A DNA stretch of 64,000 bases, from positions 91,166 through 155,165 of the forward strand of contig QPMI01000204.1 of NCBI GenBank assembly GCA_004431415.1, written 5' to 3'. Source of the stretch: Cyanophora paradoxa CCMP329 (lineage: Eukaryota; Plantae; Glaucophyta). The first letter of the stretch is position 1, and each line of letters starts with the position of its first letter. Of this stretch, positions 11,941 to 25,385 are shown piece after piece. The notes under the pieces are model-generated. The model was not told where the DNA came from, did not search any database, and saw nothing but the letters and a program-made list of their open reading frames with translations. The translations under genes were made by a program, and so were the position numbers.

Positions 11941-14142
11941 TCAGCTGGGTTTCAGGGCGTGAGACTCTTGATGGCGAAGTTGATGCACCGTTCGTGATGA
12001 TTCTGCTTTGTTGGCGATCCCTGATCGGGCAGAAACTCTGGGACTTGATATAGGCCCGAGCTCAGATGGGGCTGCTTGTGGATTGAGTGAAATGACTGCA
12101 CGAAAGGGGAAGAGCTTACCAGGTGGACGCTCAGAAGACAAAACAACAGTGGACGCTGGGAACTCCTGTCCAAGAAGCTCGCCCAGCCGTGACTTGGAGT
12201 CACTTGTGTTTTCCTCTTGAAGCGCATAGTCGCTCAAGGGTGTAGCCAGTGTCCGCGGGAAGGCACACTACAATGCAGGGCCACGCATTTCTCCTGAGGG
12301 GACCACGCAGGGCCCAGCTGGCGGAGCGCGAGCTTGGTGTGCTGGGCCCGCGGCCGCCGCGGCCCACACTTGTAAGCCGGACATTGCAGTTTTGAATGAG
12401 CAAGATGAGCTGAGCTGATGGCACTTCGCTGAGCAAGATGGAATAGCCGCAAGTTAGAGACTGTAAAGTGATTGCATCGATTCCATAATTCCAGCAGAAT
12501 GTTCGGCATCTTCCGCATCTCCAGTTTCAACCAACCCTTGCAGTGCGTCTTGGGCTCCCTGAACGAAAGCAGCTGCAAGTTGGAGTCTCAGAGCTACAGC
12601 TAAACGGCACGCCAAGAGTTGGATATCTCCACAGGATACTGCCAAGTCATCAGCTTATGCTCAAATTACATCATTTGTATGTCATCCATAAATCGCACCC
12701 AAGACTGAGATCGACCGGACTTCAAAAAAGGCACGAGGCCACCATTCTCGCCGCTCGTTCCACACTGAATCGTCATAGGAAATGGACCGAGAAGCATGCA
12801 ACGCCCCGCCAAGACGAGCCCAGGCATCAGGATCGGTCGGACACTTCTCCACTTCGGTTGCATGAAACTCAACAAGCGCATCTGCATCTGCTGCTCAGTC
12901 AGAAGCAGAATGCACCGTTCAGGATGCAATGAAGTGAAAACAAGGGCACCCTCAACATGAACACAGGAAGGACCTGACATGCATGGCGCGCCTGCAGTGG
13001 CCGCCTTCACAGCTGGCGCGGACTGAAGAACACAGTCATCTTCAACCCCATGCATGTTAGAGAACATAGCCAATTGTTGAGCATCGGGATGCGTGGGGTT
13101 CGAATCTGCAAAAGCCCGCAGACACGTCTTTGCGGCACCCATGCCCTCTGCCAAGAACAGAAGCTGGCACACAGGTCAGCGATTCCAGCAGAAGACCAAG
13201 GCAAAGGGGTTATACCTGTGCACGGATGAAGACGAAGAAACTGGAGTCGGGGCGGAGCTCAAGTGCTCTCGCTGAAAACTGCACACCCTCCTTCAGCACA
13301 TCAGCAGCCTTCTTGGATATTCGCCGGACACCAAGACTCCCGCGCCATTCTGCGGCTAAGTTAGCCCATGCGACCCAGGCCCGAAAAAGGGTTTCCCGAG
13401 CGCATGCTCGCGAACCGGAGGACAGACGCGGGGCATCTCCGCCAGGCACTTGTTGCAGTTCGTGACGAACGATGAGCAGGGCGAGCAAGGCAGCATATCC
13501 ACTAACCAGAGGGTTTGAGAGCAGTTGGCGGGCTTTGCTGCGTTTCGAATGCGGGCATGAGAGACAGCAACGCGAGTCGGGGAAATGCGCACCGGCCTAA
13601 AAGCTCGTACGCACTGTCCAGGGCCCCCACGCCAGATTCTCTCAATGCAATTTCCAGTGCGAGGCCTTCTCGTGGATTCCACAAGGTTTGATGATGGGGC
13701 TGCACTGCGAATTACGAAAGACTTTGGAGCATTGAAAAATAGCTGGGCGGACCCAGATTTTTTCGGCCACGGACGTGAGGGCGCGCAGGTACCACGCTGT
13801 CCTGCTCGCCTCCCCAGCGGCCTCAAGCAAGCGGACGCCGAACTGGAGACTCATCAGAAGGATCGCTTGAAAAAAATAGCAAAGGCGTCTGACGAGCACC
13901 CGCACGCAGTGGTCCAGATCCTTCGGCTCCCGCAACGGCGTGCGGGTCAGGAGCGCAGCGCAGACAGCGGCAGCCTCCGCAACGTTTCCGAGACAAAGAG
14001 CCCGCCGACCCACTGCACGGAGAGCCTCCACATGCACAGTAGCAGCGCTCTTCTGCCCCCCCGGAATTCGCCGGTTGAGAATGGCCACGTTCGCAAGCGC
14101 CGGCGCCGGAGGTTCAGGCGACGCGGCTCTGCGCCGCTTCAT
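11941..14142 (-). CDS. TAF1A-like RNA polymerase I SL1 subunit, multi-exon; 3' end approximate
   Basis: Spliced frame contains 'WNERREWWPRAFF', resembling the TAF1A W..R..WWP..F motif, and 'LRAFADSNPTHPDA'. Basic N-terminus MKRRR. Confidence 0.55.
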
Positions 14143-14220
14143 ATCCGCATACAAAAAGCGGGTTAATACTGGCCGTAGCAACTCGAAGGCGCCAATAAAC
14201 TAGGGCTCCCGCCGCCGCCA

Positions 14221-14482
14221 GCTGATCGTGGGCCTGAGCTCATGCAGACACCGGGCGATCCATACGGGGCGCCTAACCTCTCGCACCCGCGCCCATTCTC
14301 GCTACGAGCTCGAGCGCGCCTTGAGCTTTGGCGAGCAGCGGACGTGGAAACGAACGGGGAAAAAAAGAAGGGGGGGGGGGATGGGTTCAGGCGGTAGCTG
14401 TCTAGGAACTTTCGGCTGCGAAGATGGTGCGCACGCCAGGCGCGCAACTCTTACAGCTAGCTCTATCTACGCGCGCCGCACA
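14221..14482. promoter_or_regulatory. Duplicate of the PAN2/CCDC25 bidirectional promoter, including the CCDC25 ATG exon and start of intron 1
   Basis: About 260-bp direct copy of 9007-9268 with few substitutions. Confidence 0.85.
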
Positions 14483-14502
14483 TCTTGACATTTCGCGTCA
14501 AC

Positions 14503-14615
14503 AGCCAGGCCGGCAACGGCGAGGGCCGCATCCTCCTATGTGTAGCCCAGACAGGCGTAGTTCACAGATGCAGCTAGCTAGCCGCTAGCGTACATCGCGT
14601 GTCTACGCTGAACGT
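14503..14615 (+). repeat. Repeat family B, terminal fragment
   Basis: Matches 44048-44162. Confidence 0.85.
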
Positions 14616-14687
14616 GTTGTGTATTAACATACAGAGTGGGCAAAAGTAATATGTTTCCTCAAAATGCTAGATCGCTGCTGGACGCAG

Positions 14688-16952
14688 CTAGATCGCCGCG
14701 GACGCAAAAACCTTGGGCTTGTTCTTGCAGCGTGCCTCGAGTTCTGGCCGGAAGTGGCGAATGAGCCCCTGCACAGGCCAAGCAGCAGCATCACCGAGAG
14801 CACAGATCGTGTGGCCCTCGATCTGCAAGCATATTCAATGGAGCTGCCGGTGACGAAAGAGGAGAAAAATTCAAACTGCATACCTGACGGGTGATCTCCT
14901 CGAGCATGTCAATCTCCTCGATGCGGGCATTGCCCGCAGCAAAGCGGTCCATGATGTCCATGAGCCAACCGGTTCCCTCGCGGCATGGAGTGCACTGGCC
15001 GCAAGATTCATGCTTGTAAAACTAAAAATAGATCAGACTGCATTCTCGAAAAAAACGATGCAAAAGAGATTGACCTTCGAAAGGCGAGCAATGGCAGAGA
15101 CGATGTCAGTCGACTGTTGGGACCCATCTGATCAGCGACGACAAAATGCCAGAGTAATATTAATAAAAATCGGACCTTGTCCATGACCATGACAGCTGCA
15201 GTGCCCAATCCAGACTTCACGTCCTTCAGAGCATCGAAGTCCATGCTATGGAAGGCTTAGAACGTAGGAAAGCATGGATGAAGAATCCGAGTCTTACAGG
15301 ACATCATCACAAATGTGCTTCGGAAGCACCGGCACAGATGAGCCGCCAGGAATCACGCCAAGAAGGTTGTCCCACCCTGCCCTCAGATTATCAGGCTGGC
15401 GCGGATGAATCAGACAAGCTAGAACGCACCGCCACGTATTCCACCGCAGTGCTTCTCCAAAAGCTCCCGCATCGAGATACTCATCTCCTCTGTCGCCCCA
15501 TCGAATCGAACGTGGGACCCACGGGCTTCACCTTACACTGACCTTCCACGGTGCAAGGATTGTTGACATGCCCCGAAATACAGAAGAGCTTCGTTCCAGC
15601 ATTGTTCTTGCGCCCGAACGATGCGAACCATTCGCCACCGCTGGTGAATGGAGCTTACATTTCAAGAATGGCACACGGACGAGAAAAGCGAACCGGCGAA
15701 GAATCGTAGGCGACACGGCCACAGTCTCGACGTTCGTGACAGTGGTGGGGCACCCATAGAGGCCAACACCAGCGGGGAACGGCGGCTTCAGACGTGGCTT
15801 GCCCTGCTTGCCTGCGAGATGCACCGGGTCAGCAAGCACTGGCAGACGCTGTTGAAAAAGGACGGAAAGAAGGCAGAAGAGCACACCCTCGAGAGACTCG
15901 ATCAGCGCCGTCTCCTCGCCGCAGATATAAGCTCCAGCGCCTGACGAAGGATCAGACGAGAAGACCGAAGCGAGCACGCACAGAAACAAACCGTAGTGGA
16001 CATATACGTCGAATTCGTAGCCACTGCCACAGGCGTTCTTGCCAAGGAAGCCAGCTGCGGGCGGTGTTGATCCGCGCACACGGCATGCGTTGCACCTACG
16101 CACCTGCGTAGGCTTCGCTGACGGCGCGCTCTAGAGCGTTGCGCTCGAGAACAAACTCGCCGCGGATGTAGATGTACGCTTAAGTCCCGCCGAGTCAGCA
16201 AGACGAGAGGGCGCTCATAGTGGGCAAGTGCGAACCGGCGCGGGCGCGCATGGCAAAGCCAGCGACGAGGCAGCCCTCGATCAGCTTGTGCGGGTCGTAC
16301 CGCATGATCTCGCGGTCCTTGCATGTGCCCGGCTCCGACTCGTCCGCATTAACGACAAGGTACGACGGCCTGCGAGGGCACGTCGGCTTGTGTAGAGGGC
16401 GCTGTGGAGAAACCGCACAACGCACCGGCCGTCGCTCTTCTTGGGCATGAACGACCACTTGAGGCCGGAAGGGAAGCCGGCACCACCGCGGCCGCGAAGA
16501 CCAGAGACCTTGATCTCGTTGATGATCCACTCAGGGCCGAGCGACAGAAGGTCCTTCGTCTTGTACCAGTCGCCCTGAGAAGCAGGCGGCGTTTGTGTAA
16601 AAGGGCATGCCTGGGCGGCAGGCGAAGACTCTGCCCACCCTCTTCATGGCGCCCTTGATACCGACATCGTGCTCGCCGTAGATGTTCGTGAAGACTGCGC
16701 TCGCGGGCCGCATTCAGCGCACGCCGCGTGACAAACGCGTGAGCTCGGGCACGCACTGCGATCCTCGTCTTTGAGCCCGCCATGCTTCCTCGCAGGTGCC
16801 GCTGCCGCAGTGCTGTTGAGCCGGGCGGACAGGCGGCCGGCTGCGATTCGCGGGCGGAACGGCGCTTCAGCGCTGACAGGGCCAAACAAGCGGAATATCG
16901 ACGCACCGTGGCCTGCCCGACGAACGAGAGCCCCGGCGACGCCCCGCAGCAT
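14688..16952 (-). CDS. NDUFV1: NADH dehydrogenase flavoprotein 1 (51-kDa complex I subunit), multi-exon, with mitochondrial presequence
   Basis: Motifs [63 protein letters not shown] and [11 protein letters not shown]. Arg-rich N-terminus [12 protein letters not shown]. Confidence 0.97.
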
Positions 16953-17126
16953 CTGCTCGCCGAGGCTAGGACGGTCGAAGTACCAGAAGCTTCTGTACCC
17001 CCCTTTCGGTCCCGGTCCTCCGGACTCCCGGTCCCTCCCGGACTCCCGGTCCCGTCGGTCCCGGCTGAAAGTGGCGCGGCGCTATCGCGAGCTGAATGCG
17101 CTGGCGCATCCCGCACGGCGCGCGCA

Positions 17127-19093
17127 ATGAGCGACAGCCGTTCAGAGGTGGTACGCGCGTACGCGACGCGCATGCACGTACGCGGGCCATCTCACGGATC
17201 CGCGCGCAGTTGAGGGAGCTGGTGCACAAAGTCGCGCAAATCATCGTCCAGAGCAGGGGCTTCACGCCCGAGCAGGGGAAGCGTAACAAGTGGTTTTCGC
17301 TCGATCTCCTTGAAGACCAGCTCGTGCGGGAGACTCTAGAGCCCCTACGTGCATCCGGTCTTCCGATCAACCTCGACATCAGGGCTGTTTCTTCCGATCT
17401 CTGCTTCCTCCTCGAGCGCTGGAGTGAGTCCCTCGGGGCTCGCTTACTCAAATCTCATTGTTTTCAGCTTTCTCCTTCAGCGAAGGCGGTCCGGCTGGCC
17501 TGGAACTCGCAACCGCGTACAAGCGCCTCATTGTCACACTTCGCTCAATCTTTGGAAAGGTTCGCCAACTCGCACGATCTAGCTTCGACTAGCCTAAACT
17601 GGACTACAGCTGCGGCTCTTGCCCGCATACAAGTTTGCAAGGGAAATACCACACTCGGGAGACGGATATCGATTGCAATACTCCTTCTCCACACTCTTGC
17701 ATCCGCCGGAATTCGGGCTGAACGCAGATTTCTCCCCAGGCAAGATCCAATCTCTTACGGCTTGGACAGTATCTCTGACCACGTTGACAGTGAGTACACA
17801 GCAAGCGCTTTGGCTTGCAGATCTACCCCACGCGGTATTTTCGGTCAGAGTTGTGTACAGATCGCAGTGTGATTTTCCGGTTCGTAGAGGACCCCAATCC
17901 GTTGTCTCGTTGGGGTAAACAAAGCGCAGTTTGTTGAACATGCAGGAGCGCGCAACGAAGTTCGAGGGTTACAGTCAGCGTCACAAGCGCCTGGGAGCTT
18001 TGGCGGTGGGGGACAATTCATAGAGAACTATGTTCCGCAAGCGCGGTTGTCAACCGCAGCACGATCAGTTGAAGCGTCCCCGCACTCGACTTCGAGCCCA
18101 ATCGCCATTCGCCAACAGGCCACTGTAGCCTCTGCCCCAGGAAATGCACGAACAGCAATGTCGCTACCACCACGCGACCGTCGCGACAGCCACTTGGAGA
18201 AGAGAGTTGAAGCGCCCCCTTCAACAAGTGTTCCATCGTCTTCAACGGGTGCAGGCAGTTCCACTCTTGGCAAGCGACCAGGGCCAGTCACTTCGACCCA
18301 CCACTCCAGGATTTCGGCACTGTCGTCTGCCCTGCAAAGTCTTGCGCTTCAGCCAGCTCAGCCCAGCTCTCCTTTACAGGGCCTCGCAGTCCACCAGCAA
18401 AGTCCGATTTCCGAACCTGACTTCGGAGCTTTTCGCCCTAGCTCCCTTGGCCGTTCGCCGATTTCCCCGCCAGAGTTCCTCAGTACGCCGCCATTCTTTG
18501 TGCCCCCTGCTTCATCGTCAGCAACACGCAATCTCTCCCTTGCGCCCTTCGCATCTGGCACATCACCTCCGTCTTATCTGCTTCACCCGCTTTCTTCTGC
18601 TCAACTAGGAACAATTGGACTGGGATTTGATTTCCACAAACCCTTCGCCTCCTCAACGACTCCATTGCCTCCTCAGCACAGTCTTGGAGAAGTCGCATGC
18701 CCATTTTCCTTCGCCTCGTCAGCGACACCATTGCCGATTCAGCTTCCTTTGTTTGTTCGTATATCTTGATTCATTTTTTTTGAACTCCCTACTAAGCTGT
18801 GTCCAGGACGCTCTCGCAAATAGTGAGAGCGTTCATGATGATGTGAGTGCCATCTACATTTTGTGGCTGAATCTAACATTGTGCTCTTTCTCCAGGGGCT
18901 GGCTTTCGCTCTTAGCGGCGGTGAAGCGGATTCAGAGGCTGCATTAGGTAGTCTGATAAGGCTGATTGACAGTGCTCTTTTCGACGGTGCAAGCCCATCG
19001 TCATTGCTGGCATCCGCCCCCTGTGTGTCGATCAGATCTCTTTGGGAAGAGGTGGAGCGCTTCAAGACCATCGGTCGAGCACTTCAAGATTAA
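17127..19093 (+). CDS. ATG13: Autophagy protein ATG13 (HORMA domain + Ser/Pro-rich region)
   Basis: KVAQIIVQSR..NKWFSL..LLERW, LPAYKFAR and VRVVYR, followed by a long S/P-rich region and C-terminal AALGSLI..EEVERF. Confidence 0.8.
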
Positions 19094-19163
19094 TTGCCAC
19101 TTCAAGAGCACTATAGCTATAGCTGTATTGCAATATTGGACACATGAAGTTTAGTATACATTG

Positions 19164-19540
19164 TGCATTTCAGATATACACACGCGTTATCTGGACTAGC
19201 CCAGTAGCTGTTCGGACAAGCAGTGTAGGCTGAGCACTGCGGCAATCCACTGGGCTCTCTCGGATAGGCAACTCGATGTCGAGATCGAAATCGAAACCGA
19301 GGGGTCGAAAACGAAATCTATTCCTTCTGTTGCTTTTTCTCACAGGACTAGGCGTGCAGGCCTTGCCGGAGGGCTCGCTCGTTCGCCACCGAATGAGGGC
19401 CGCTAAGGGAGAGGAATACAGCCTCCCCCGCTCCCGCGAGGGGCGCAGAAGGTGGAGCCTCATCGCATTGTGTCAGACTCTGAGAAGGGGGCGGCGCTGG
19501 AACTGTGGCCGTCGCGATCCGTGAGGGTCGCGGAACTGCT
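19164..19540 (-). repeat. Repeat family A, copy 3
   Basis: Reverse complement of the A core. Terminus lies 70 nt after the ATG13 stop. Confidence 0.9.
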
Positions 19541-19551
19541 CTCTAGTAGTA

Positions 19552-19690
19552 GGCTAGTTCAGATATCGTGTGTGTCATATCTGAAATGCAGCTGGGCTTA
19601 GGTCGGATGTCTTTGATTACGACTGCGATTAAGGGCTTGATCATGATGACTGAGCTGCACACGACGATGCGATGCTGCACACAGGAAAGG
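19552..19690 (+). repeat. A terminal fragment plus A-B linker
   Basis: Matches 43796-43925. Confidence 0.85.
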
Positions 19691-19719
19691 ACGACACGAC
19701 GGCATACTGTGAATTACGA

Positions 19720-20353
19720 TTACGTTCTGTCAATTTTGATCTCGCGCAGATCTCGCAGATAGTAGCAAGATACTGGTATAGTAAAAAAAAGTCAGGAGAC
19801 TAAAAAGAAGAAATTAGAAATCAGAAGAAGAAGCGCACGTTCGCCAAGAGTGCTGAGCAGGAATGTGCAGACGAGCAAGGTGACCCACCAAATCCAATTC
19901 GAAGGAGGACCTTCGCTTGCCATAACTAAGTGGCCGTCAGAGACCGAGGGAAGCGAATGGAGATTCAAAAATGACCTATGCAGCTTAGGACGACGTGAAT
20001 AAAGGACATGGAGCACGCATAGTCCAAGGTCTTCCGAGTGCTCCTCACGACAAAGAAGAGCAGGAAGACGCCAACGACGTACGTGAGGATCAGGTTCAAC
20101 CAGCACGCTGCAGGGTGTTCGGCGAGACTGACGCACGCGGAACATGGATCCGCAGGGCGTGCGCACCGAGGTTCTTGCCACCGGCAGCCGGGTTGAAGTT
20201 TGAGTGATCAAAAGGGATGCGGCCGTCGTAGGGGATTTGGAATCCTCCAACGAGTATGCCAGAGAACACGTAGCTAGCGGAGTACCACAGCACAAGGCAG
20301 ATGCCAAGCTTTTTGAGGATGACTTTCGTGTCGTCGTCGCTCTTGGCGCCCAT
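19720..20353 (-). CDS. SYS1: SYS1-like Golgi membrane protein
   Basis: Several transmembrane segments; VVRSTRKTLDY..IH, PPSNWIWW, and spliced end LGELSCYYLRDLREI (compare the SYS1 pattern GEYLC...ELREI). Confidence 0.65.
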
Positions 20354-20632
20354 CCCCAGGGGCAAAGCAGATTAGCTACGAGGCTCGGAATTAGCGCTAG
20401 CGCTTGGCTCGAGGCTGAACTTGTCTCTACGTTTTTAGCTAAGCGTCAGCGGCCGGATTAGCTACGAGGATCGCCAGGCTGCGCTCACAAGCTAGAGAAC
20501 TCGCTCCGCAGTGTTGGTACCTTAGTCTTGGGCGCCCAAATCGAGTAGCGCCCGTCTTGGGCCCTTGGGGATATTGGGGGTACGCGAATACTCGAAGAGC
20601 GCGCTTCCACAGCTGGCCTGGCCTCTGGGGCC

Positions 20633-23600
20633 ATGGCGAGCCACAAGGTCTACCTCTTCTCGCACAGCGGTGCGTTTTCGAAACAGCTGAATCGTGTAGA
20701 AGCTCGCTCATGTACCACAGGAGTTAAGGGTAGCACCGCGCTGCGCTTCGAGGAGCTGCTGCAGACCCTGCCGAATGGACAGCGGATGTCGGTCCCGCTT
20801 CTCAAGCACCTCTCCGCCTCGCGTCCGTTGTGGCGTCCGCCGTGTTCGCCGTTGGTCGAACCTGCTAACTTTCTCGGCAGGCACGGATATGCTGGCTTGG
20901 GTACGGCAGCGAGGCTGGCACGCGCAGGTTCGCGTGCCGGCGTTGCTTGCTTAGCGTAACTCTGGCACCGCTGACGTTTTCGATAGGATATCAAGCAGGT
21001 CGTTGAGCAGACGGAGAGCCATGTTAACCTGTATCTGCAGCTCGTGCTTGGATTGGTGCGGGGCAGAGGCGGGAACCTTTCAGCACAATCCTTGATGTAT
21101 GATCAATTTCGCGCAGGTGGATTCGGCGAATCGCCATCCTGACCAAGTTATCCGGCGCTACTCGCAGCCTAGGCCGTCCGCGAACGCGTCGCCTTTCGTT
21201 GCCGTCCTCGAACACTGCATGGACGGCGGCGATCCGCCACACTACGTGGCGTCTTCGGTCTCGTTTCCCTCTGCTGCTGTGGGCGGCTTCTCGGGCGACT
21301 CTCCATGTCGCATGGGTGCTGCGAACGTGAGGTAAGGGTCGTTGTTTTGAGGGCGCATTTAATTCAGTGATTTTTTGGTGGGTATTCAGCTACAGCTGGA
21401 CGAATGTTGTCGGAAGCAGCGAGTCGTCGTCGTCGAATGATGCCGCATTTGAGTTGCTCAGCTCGCTCGTAGCCTTCGGGCACTGGTGGCTTGCAGTCGC
21501 TTCCGCTGCCATCGAGGGGAGCAACCCTCAAGAGGTCTCTGCAACCACGCTTGCGTATGAGGCGTTTCTCAATGTTCGTGCATCGATCTCCTCATCCGCT
21601 TCGCTCTAATGAAAGACATACAGGCTGCTGGCATTTTCGAATATGTGATCGAGGCGCAAGGAGCTCTGCGCTTTAATCCCCCGCCGGATTGCTCTGATTT
21701 GCTCCCCGCCATGGTGCAATCACGCTTCTTTGCAACTCCTCAATCACGTGAGGGCTAAGCTCTTGCTTGCTCACCAGCTTCGGGCGTGGTCGGCCGTCGC
21801 CGTTGCCCATGCTGAAGAGGTGCATCCATCCCCTTTCGAGACATTTGATTGAGGGAGCTGATCGAAATTCTGATGCAGCTGGCGTTGGACTGGGCGCTTC
21901 GGCAGAGTAACTATGTGGAAGACTCCCCTCTGCTTCTGTCTCGCCTGGCCACAGATGTGCGTCTTGGGCTCTCGCCGTCGTTTGAAACACCCAAACCATC
22001 GTGCGCGTGTCGCAGATTGTTCGAAAGCAACGCACAGCTCTCGATTTGATCGCACAGACTGTTGCTGCAAACCCCCATGCGAACCACGAAGCCCGGTTGC
22101 GGAATCCCACGTGGACCGATGAGCAGGTTCATGCACTTTTGGCACTTCAGAGTCTGTTAGACTGATCCTTGGCAGTGTGCACGCCTCGCGAAATTGAAAG
22201 CTTACCTCGGCTTCAAGGTGCGTATTTTTTTTGACTGTGCATGTGACCACTGACACCAGTAGTACAGAGCACAGCATACGAGGCCATAGCTCTTTATTTT
22301 TCGGGGGCCGCTTTGAATCACGTGAAGAGAGGGTCCGTCGTCTTGCGAACAGTGGTATGTGTTTCAGGCCAGCGTGCGGGCAGTCGATTCACGCGACACC
22401 AGGGCCGCACGGCACAAGCTGCAAATGCGTCGAAGCGTGCGATTGAAATGCTCGAGGGTAACGTTTCTTTTTAATGCTTTAGGGACCAAGTGCTGAAGCT
22501 CGTCGGCTTTGTGTTGCCATCCACCAGACGCGCTCCGGGGAGCGCATGAGTATGTGCAAACGCTGGATGCAAGTGAGAACGCAACTTCGAAGGGCGCACC
22601 AGCCTCCCATTTGCGGGCCCTGCTGGACATTCCGAGAACATTCGTATCAAAGTGTGCTCCCGGCTGACCCTTTGTTGTACTCTTGCTCACGCGCGCCAAG
22701 CAGAATCCCTCCGCCCCAGGGGTCGCAAGAGGGGGATGCCGGGGTTCCGCAACTTCCGTCCCCTCTCCAGGTGTACATTGCCCGTCGGACAGCGTGGGAC
22801 AGCGTTGCCTTTGCTCACACTCTTGTAGATCGCCTTTCCTGCTCCTTGGGGTCTTCCCCCTCTGCACCCGTTGTGGGGCTCTCCTGGCGCAGCAGACACC
22901 GACAGCGGAAACTGGGCTCAATTCCAGCAATACCGCCAAAAAAACTCTGCCCGTCAGGCAGTGCGTCAGCTGCAGCTTTGACTTCGTGAGCCCGCTAACC
23001 TTGCCTTGTCTTCTGCAGGCGCTCGTGGAGGAGGTCGCTGCCCCTGGAGAGCACGCTGGATCAGGGCGCCCACTTGGCTCTACTGTTGCCGCCTCTTCGC
23101 GTTTCCGGTGCACTTTATGGCGGTGACTTTTCCCATCAAAGGGCTCTGCCGCTGATGTCGGGCTTTGAAGCGCCCCGGCTACAACCAACAGCGGGGGAGC
23201 CTTGCAAGACACAATTTCAGGCGTCACCTACATACCGATCCCTGGGCGCTTTGGTGGTCTGTCCTGTTCTTTTCACCCTTTGATGTGTTGTCTAGTTGCG
23301 TGATGCACCGTACAGGTATGGCATCGACACAGTCTAGCTGGGCCTCCGCCCCTAAGGAGAAGCGAGGGGCTGGCTTTGGGTCTGTGAAAAACACCTTCCT
23401 CAATCCGACGTGCATTCTCACTCTATGCAGGCCCAAGGCGATCGCAGCTCCCCGGGGCATCCCCCTTGAACAGGTAATGACTAATGTTCAAGCTTTGCCT
23501 GTGTGCTCACGCTTGCTGCAGGGCGCCACACGCCCTTCACGCCAGTCCTTCAGAGGGAGCGATGCTGGAGATTTACGATCACCCTCGCAAGGCGCAGCAA

Positions 23601-24169
23601 CTCCTGCTTCGGCACGCTCCCTTTCCCCAAGCCCCTCAGGCCGTTCAACACCACCACCAGCCATGCACCCCATCCCCACTGGAGGCGCACGGGCAATCCC
23701 CCCAGGGCCATGGCAGCCATCTTCTGCAGACTCTCGAATCCCCACGCGTGACCAGCTGTCGAAGTGGACACCTCCGATCTTCGAGAAAGGCCGCAACAGC
23801 GGGCGACCTGATGAACTCATGGTTGCACCCATCGATTCAAACTATATATCTGCCGTTGCAGTCTCTCCAGACGTTCGCAATTCCCTGCTCGGCTGTTTTG
23901 ATTTCCCTAATCACGGTTGTCAGGAACACACCTTTACGCGATTCGACCTTGCCTTTCAGGCCGATGATGAGCTTCCCCCTCCAAAATCGCGTGCTCTTCC
24001 AGCCAGCAAGCCGAAGAGGTGCATCCATCCCATTTCGAGTCATGGTTTGCATCTGAAATGCAAGTGCAGCAACAAGCATCGATCCCTGTTTTCCTGCTTC
24101 AGCGTGGAAGACAGCGATGATGAGTTGCCGGAGAAACAAGAGAAAAGAAGCACATTTGGCTGGTTTTGA
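20633..24169 (+). CDS. BRO1-domain (BROX-like) protein with Pro/Ser-rich C-terminus; could be two genes
   Basis: The pattern YSWTN..DAAFELLSSLVAFGHW..AYEAFLNAAGIFEY is typical of BRO1/BROX. Exon chain inferred by eye. Confidence 0.55.
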
Positions 24170-24569
24170 TTGTGCATTCAGTGTGATTATACAACGCATT
24201 CAGTGTGATTTTACAACACAATGCTCTGATGTGGAGTTCAGCCAATGAGATTGAGGGGGAAGAGTTCGTTTCAGGATGTTGTCGCGATCAAAAAGTCGCG
24301 ATCAAGGCTCACGATCAGATCCAAATCAAAGCCCCGGCCCCGCCCTGGCCCCCCGTTGGCGTTGAACGGGCCGTGGCGTTGAAGGGTGCATGGATGGTGG
24401 TGGCGTTGAATTCGAACGGCCGGTCGAGGTGCGTTTAGAGGTCTCGAAATCCAAATCAAAGCCCGAGTGCGTTTAGAGGTCTCGAAAATCCAAATCAAAA
24501 GCCCCCGCCCGGTCGAGGTGCCGTTACGGGGCGCACCCAGCTTGGTCAGGGCGTCCGTTACGACCAAAA

Positions 24570-24729
24570 CTCGATTTCGATTTCGACCCCTCGGTTTCGA
24601 TTTCGATCTCGACGCCGAGTTGCCTATTCAGAGAGACTCTGAGAGCCCGTATGATTGCTCAGCGTACACTGCTAGCCCGAACAGCTACTGGGCTAGTCCA
24701 TATAACGCGTGATGTATATCTGAAATGCA
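24570..24729 (+). repeat. Repeat family A, 3' fragment
   Basis: Matches the last about 150 bp of A, including the terminus. Confidence 0.88.
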
Positions 24730-25385
24730 AACACTGACAATAGCATCCACCCCCTCAATCTCATTGGCAGTACAGACTTGGGTTAATTTTTAAAGACAGA
24801 GCGATTGCGTGAGTGCGCACTGTACATGTGCACGTCACGGCGTAGCTATATAGCTCTGTTTGCAAGCTTCTCGGAATTTTGTTTTCGAACAGCTCGATCG
24901 CGCCGACTCTGGGGTACACATTTCCCGGTGACTCTGGGGTTTGCTGTATACGTCAGTGCATCATGGCATGTGTGGCCCGTCGGTGCAGGCTTACTCCAGG
25001 GGCTCCGGCCCGGCGGCTGGGCGCCACCGCCGCTTCAACACGATCGCGAGAGTCCGCACCCGCATGTACATGTAGCTGCGCGTGTACATGTAGCTGAGCG
25101 TGCGATTTCAGTACTAGTACGTGAACGCAGGGGTACAGTCTCCTCGTCCGCCGCCCCGTACCCGGGGAAGTCTGGCGATCGGGTGAGACCGATCGCTTCA
25201 CGCTGTGTCGCGCCGCCTCAATCAATCGCCGTTTCTCGCGCGCATCCGGTCAGCTGCTCGGCGTCCCTGTGTCGTAGCGTCGATGCGGTAATCCGCCGCG
25301 CGAGCGGTAATCCTGCCGCGTCGAAGAATCGGCGCTGGTCAGCGAGCGGTAATCCTGCCGCTTCGAAGAATCGCGAGCGGCGCCG

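Noticed and set aside
12625-12645. GTATCCT on the minus strand as a second U12 donor
   Set aside because: It spans a normal AG acceptor/exon boundary (GCAG|TATCC) in the TAF1A-like gene.
24805-25330. Long 341-aa ORF (24805-25830) overlapping the UTP4 start
   Set aside because: It is GC-rich low-complexity read-through in a different frame from the conserved UTP4 N-terminus, with no motif.
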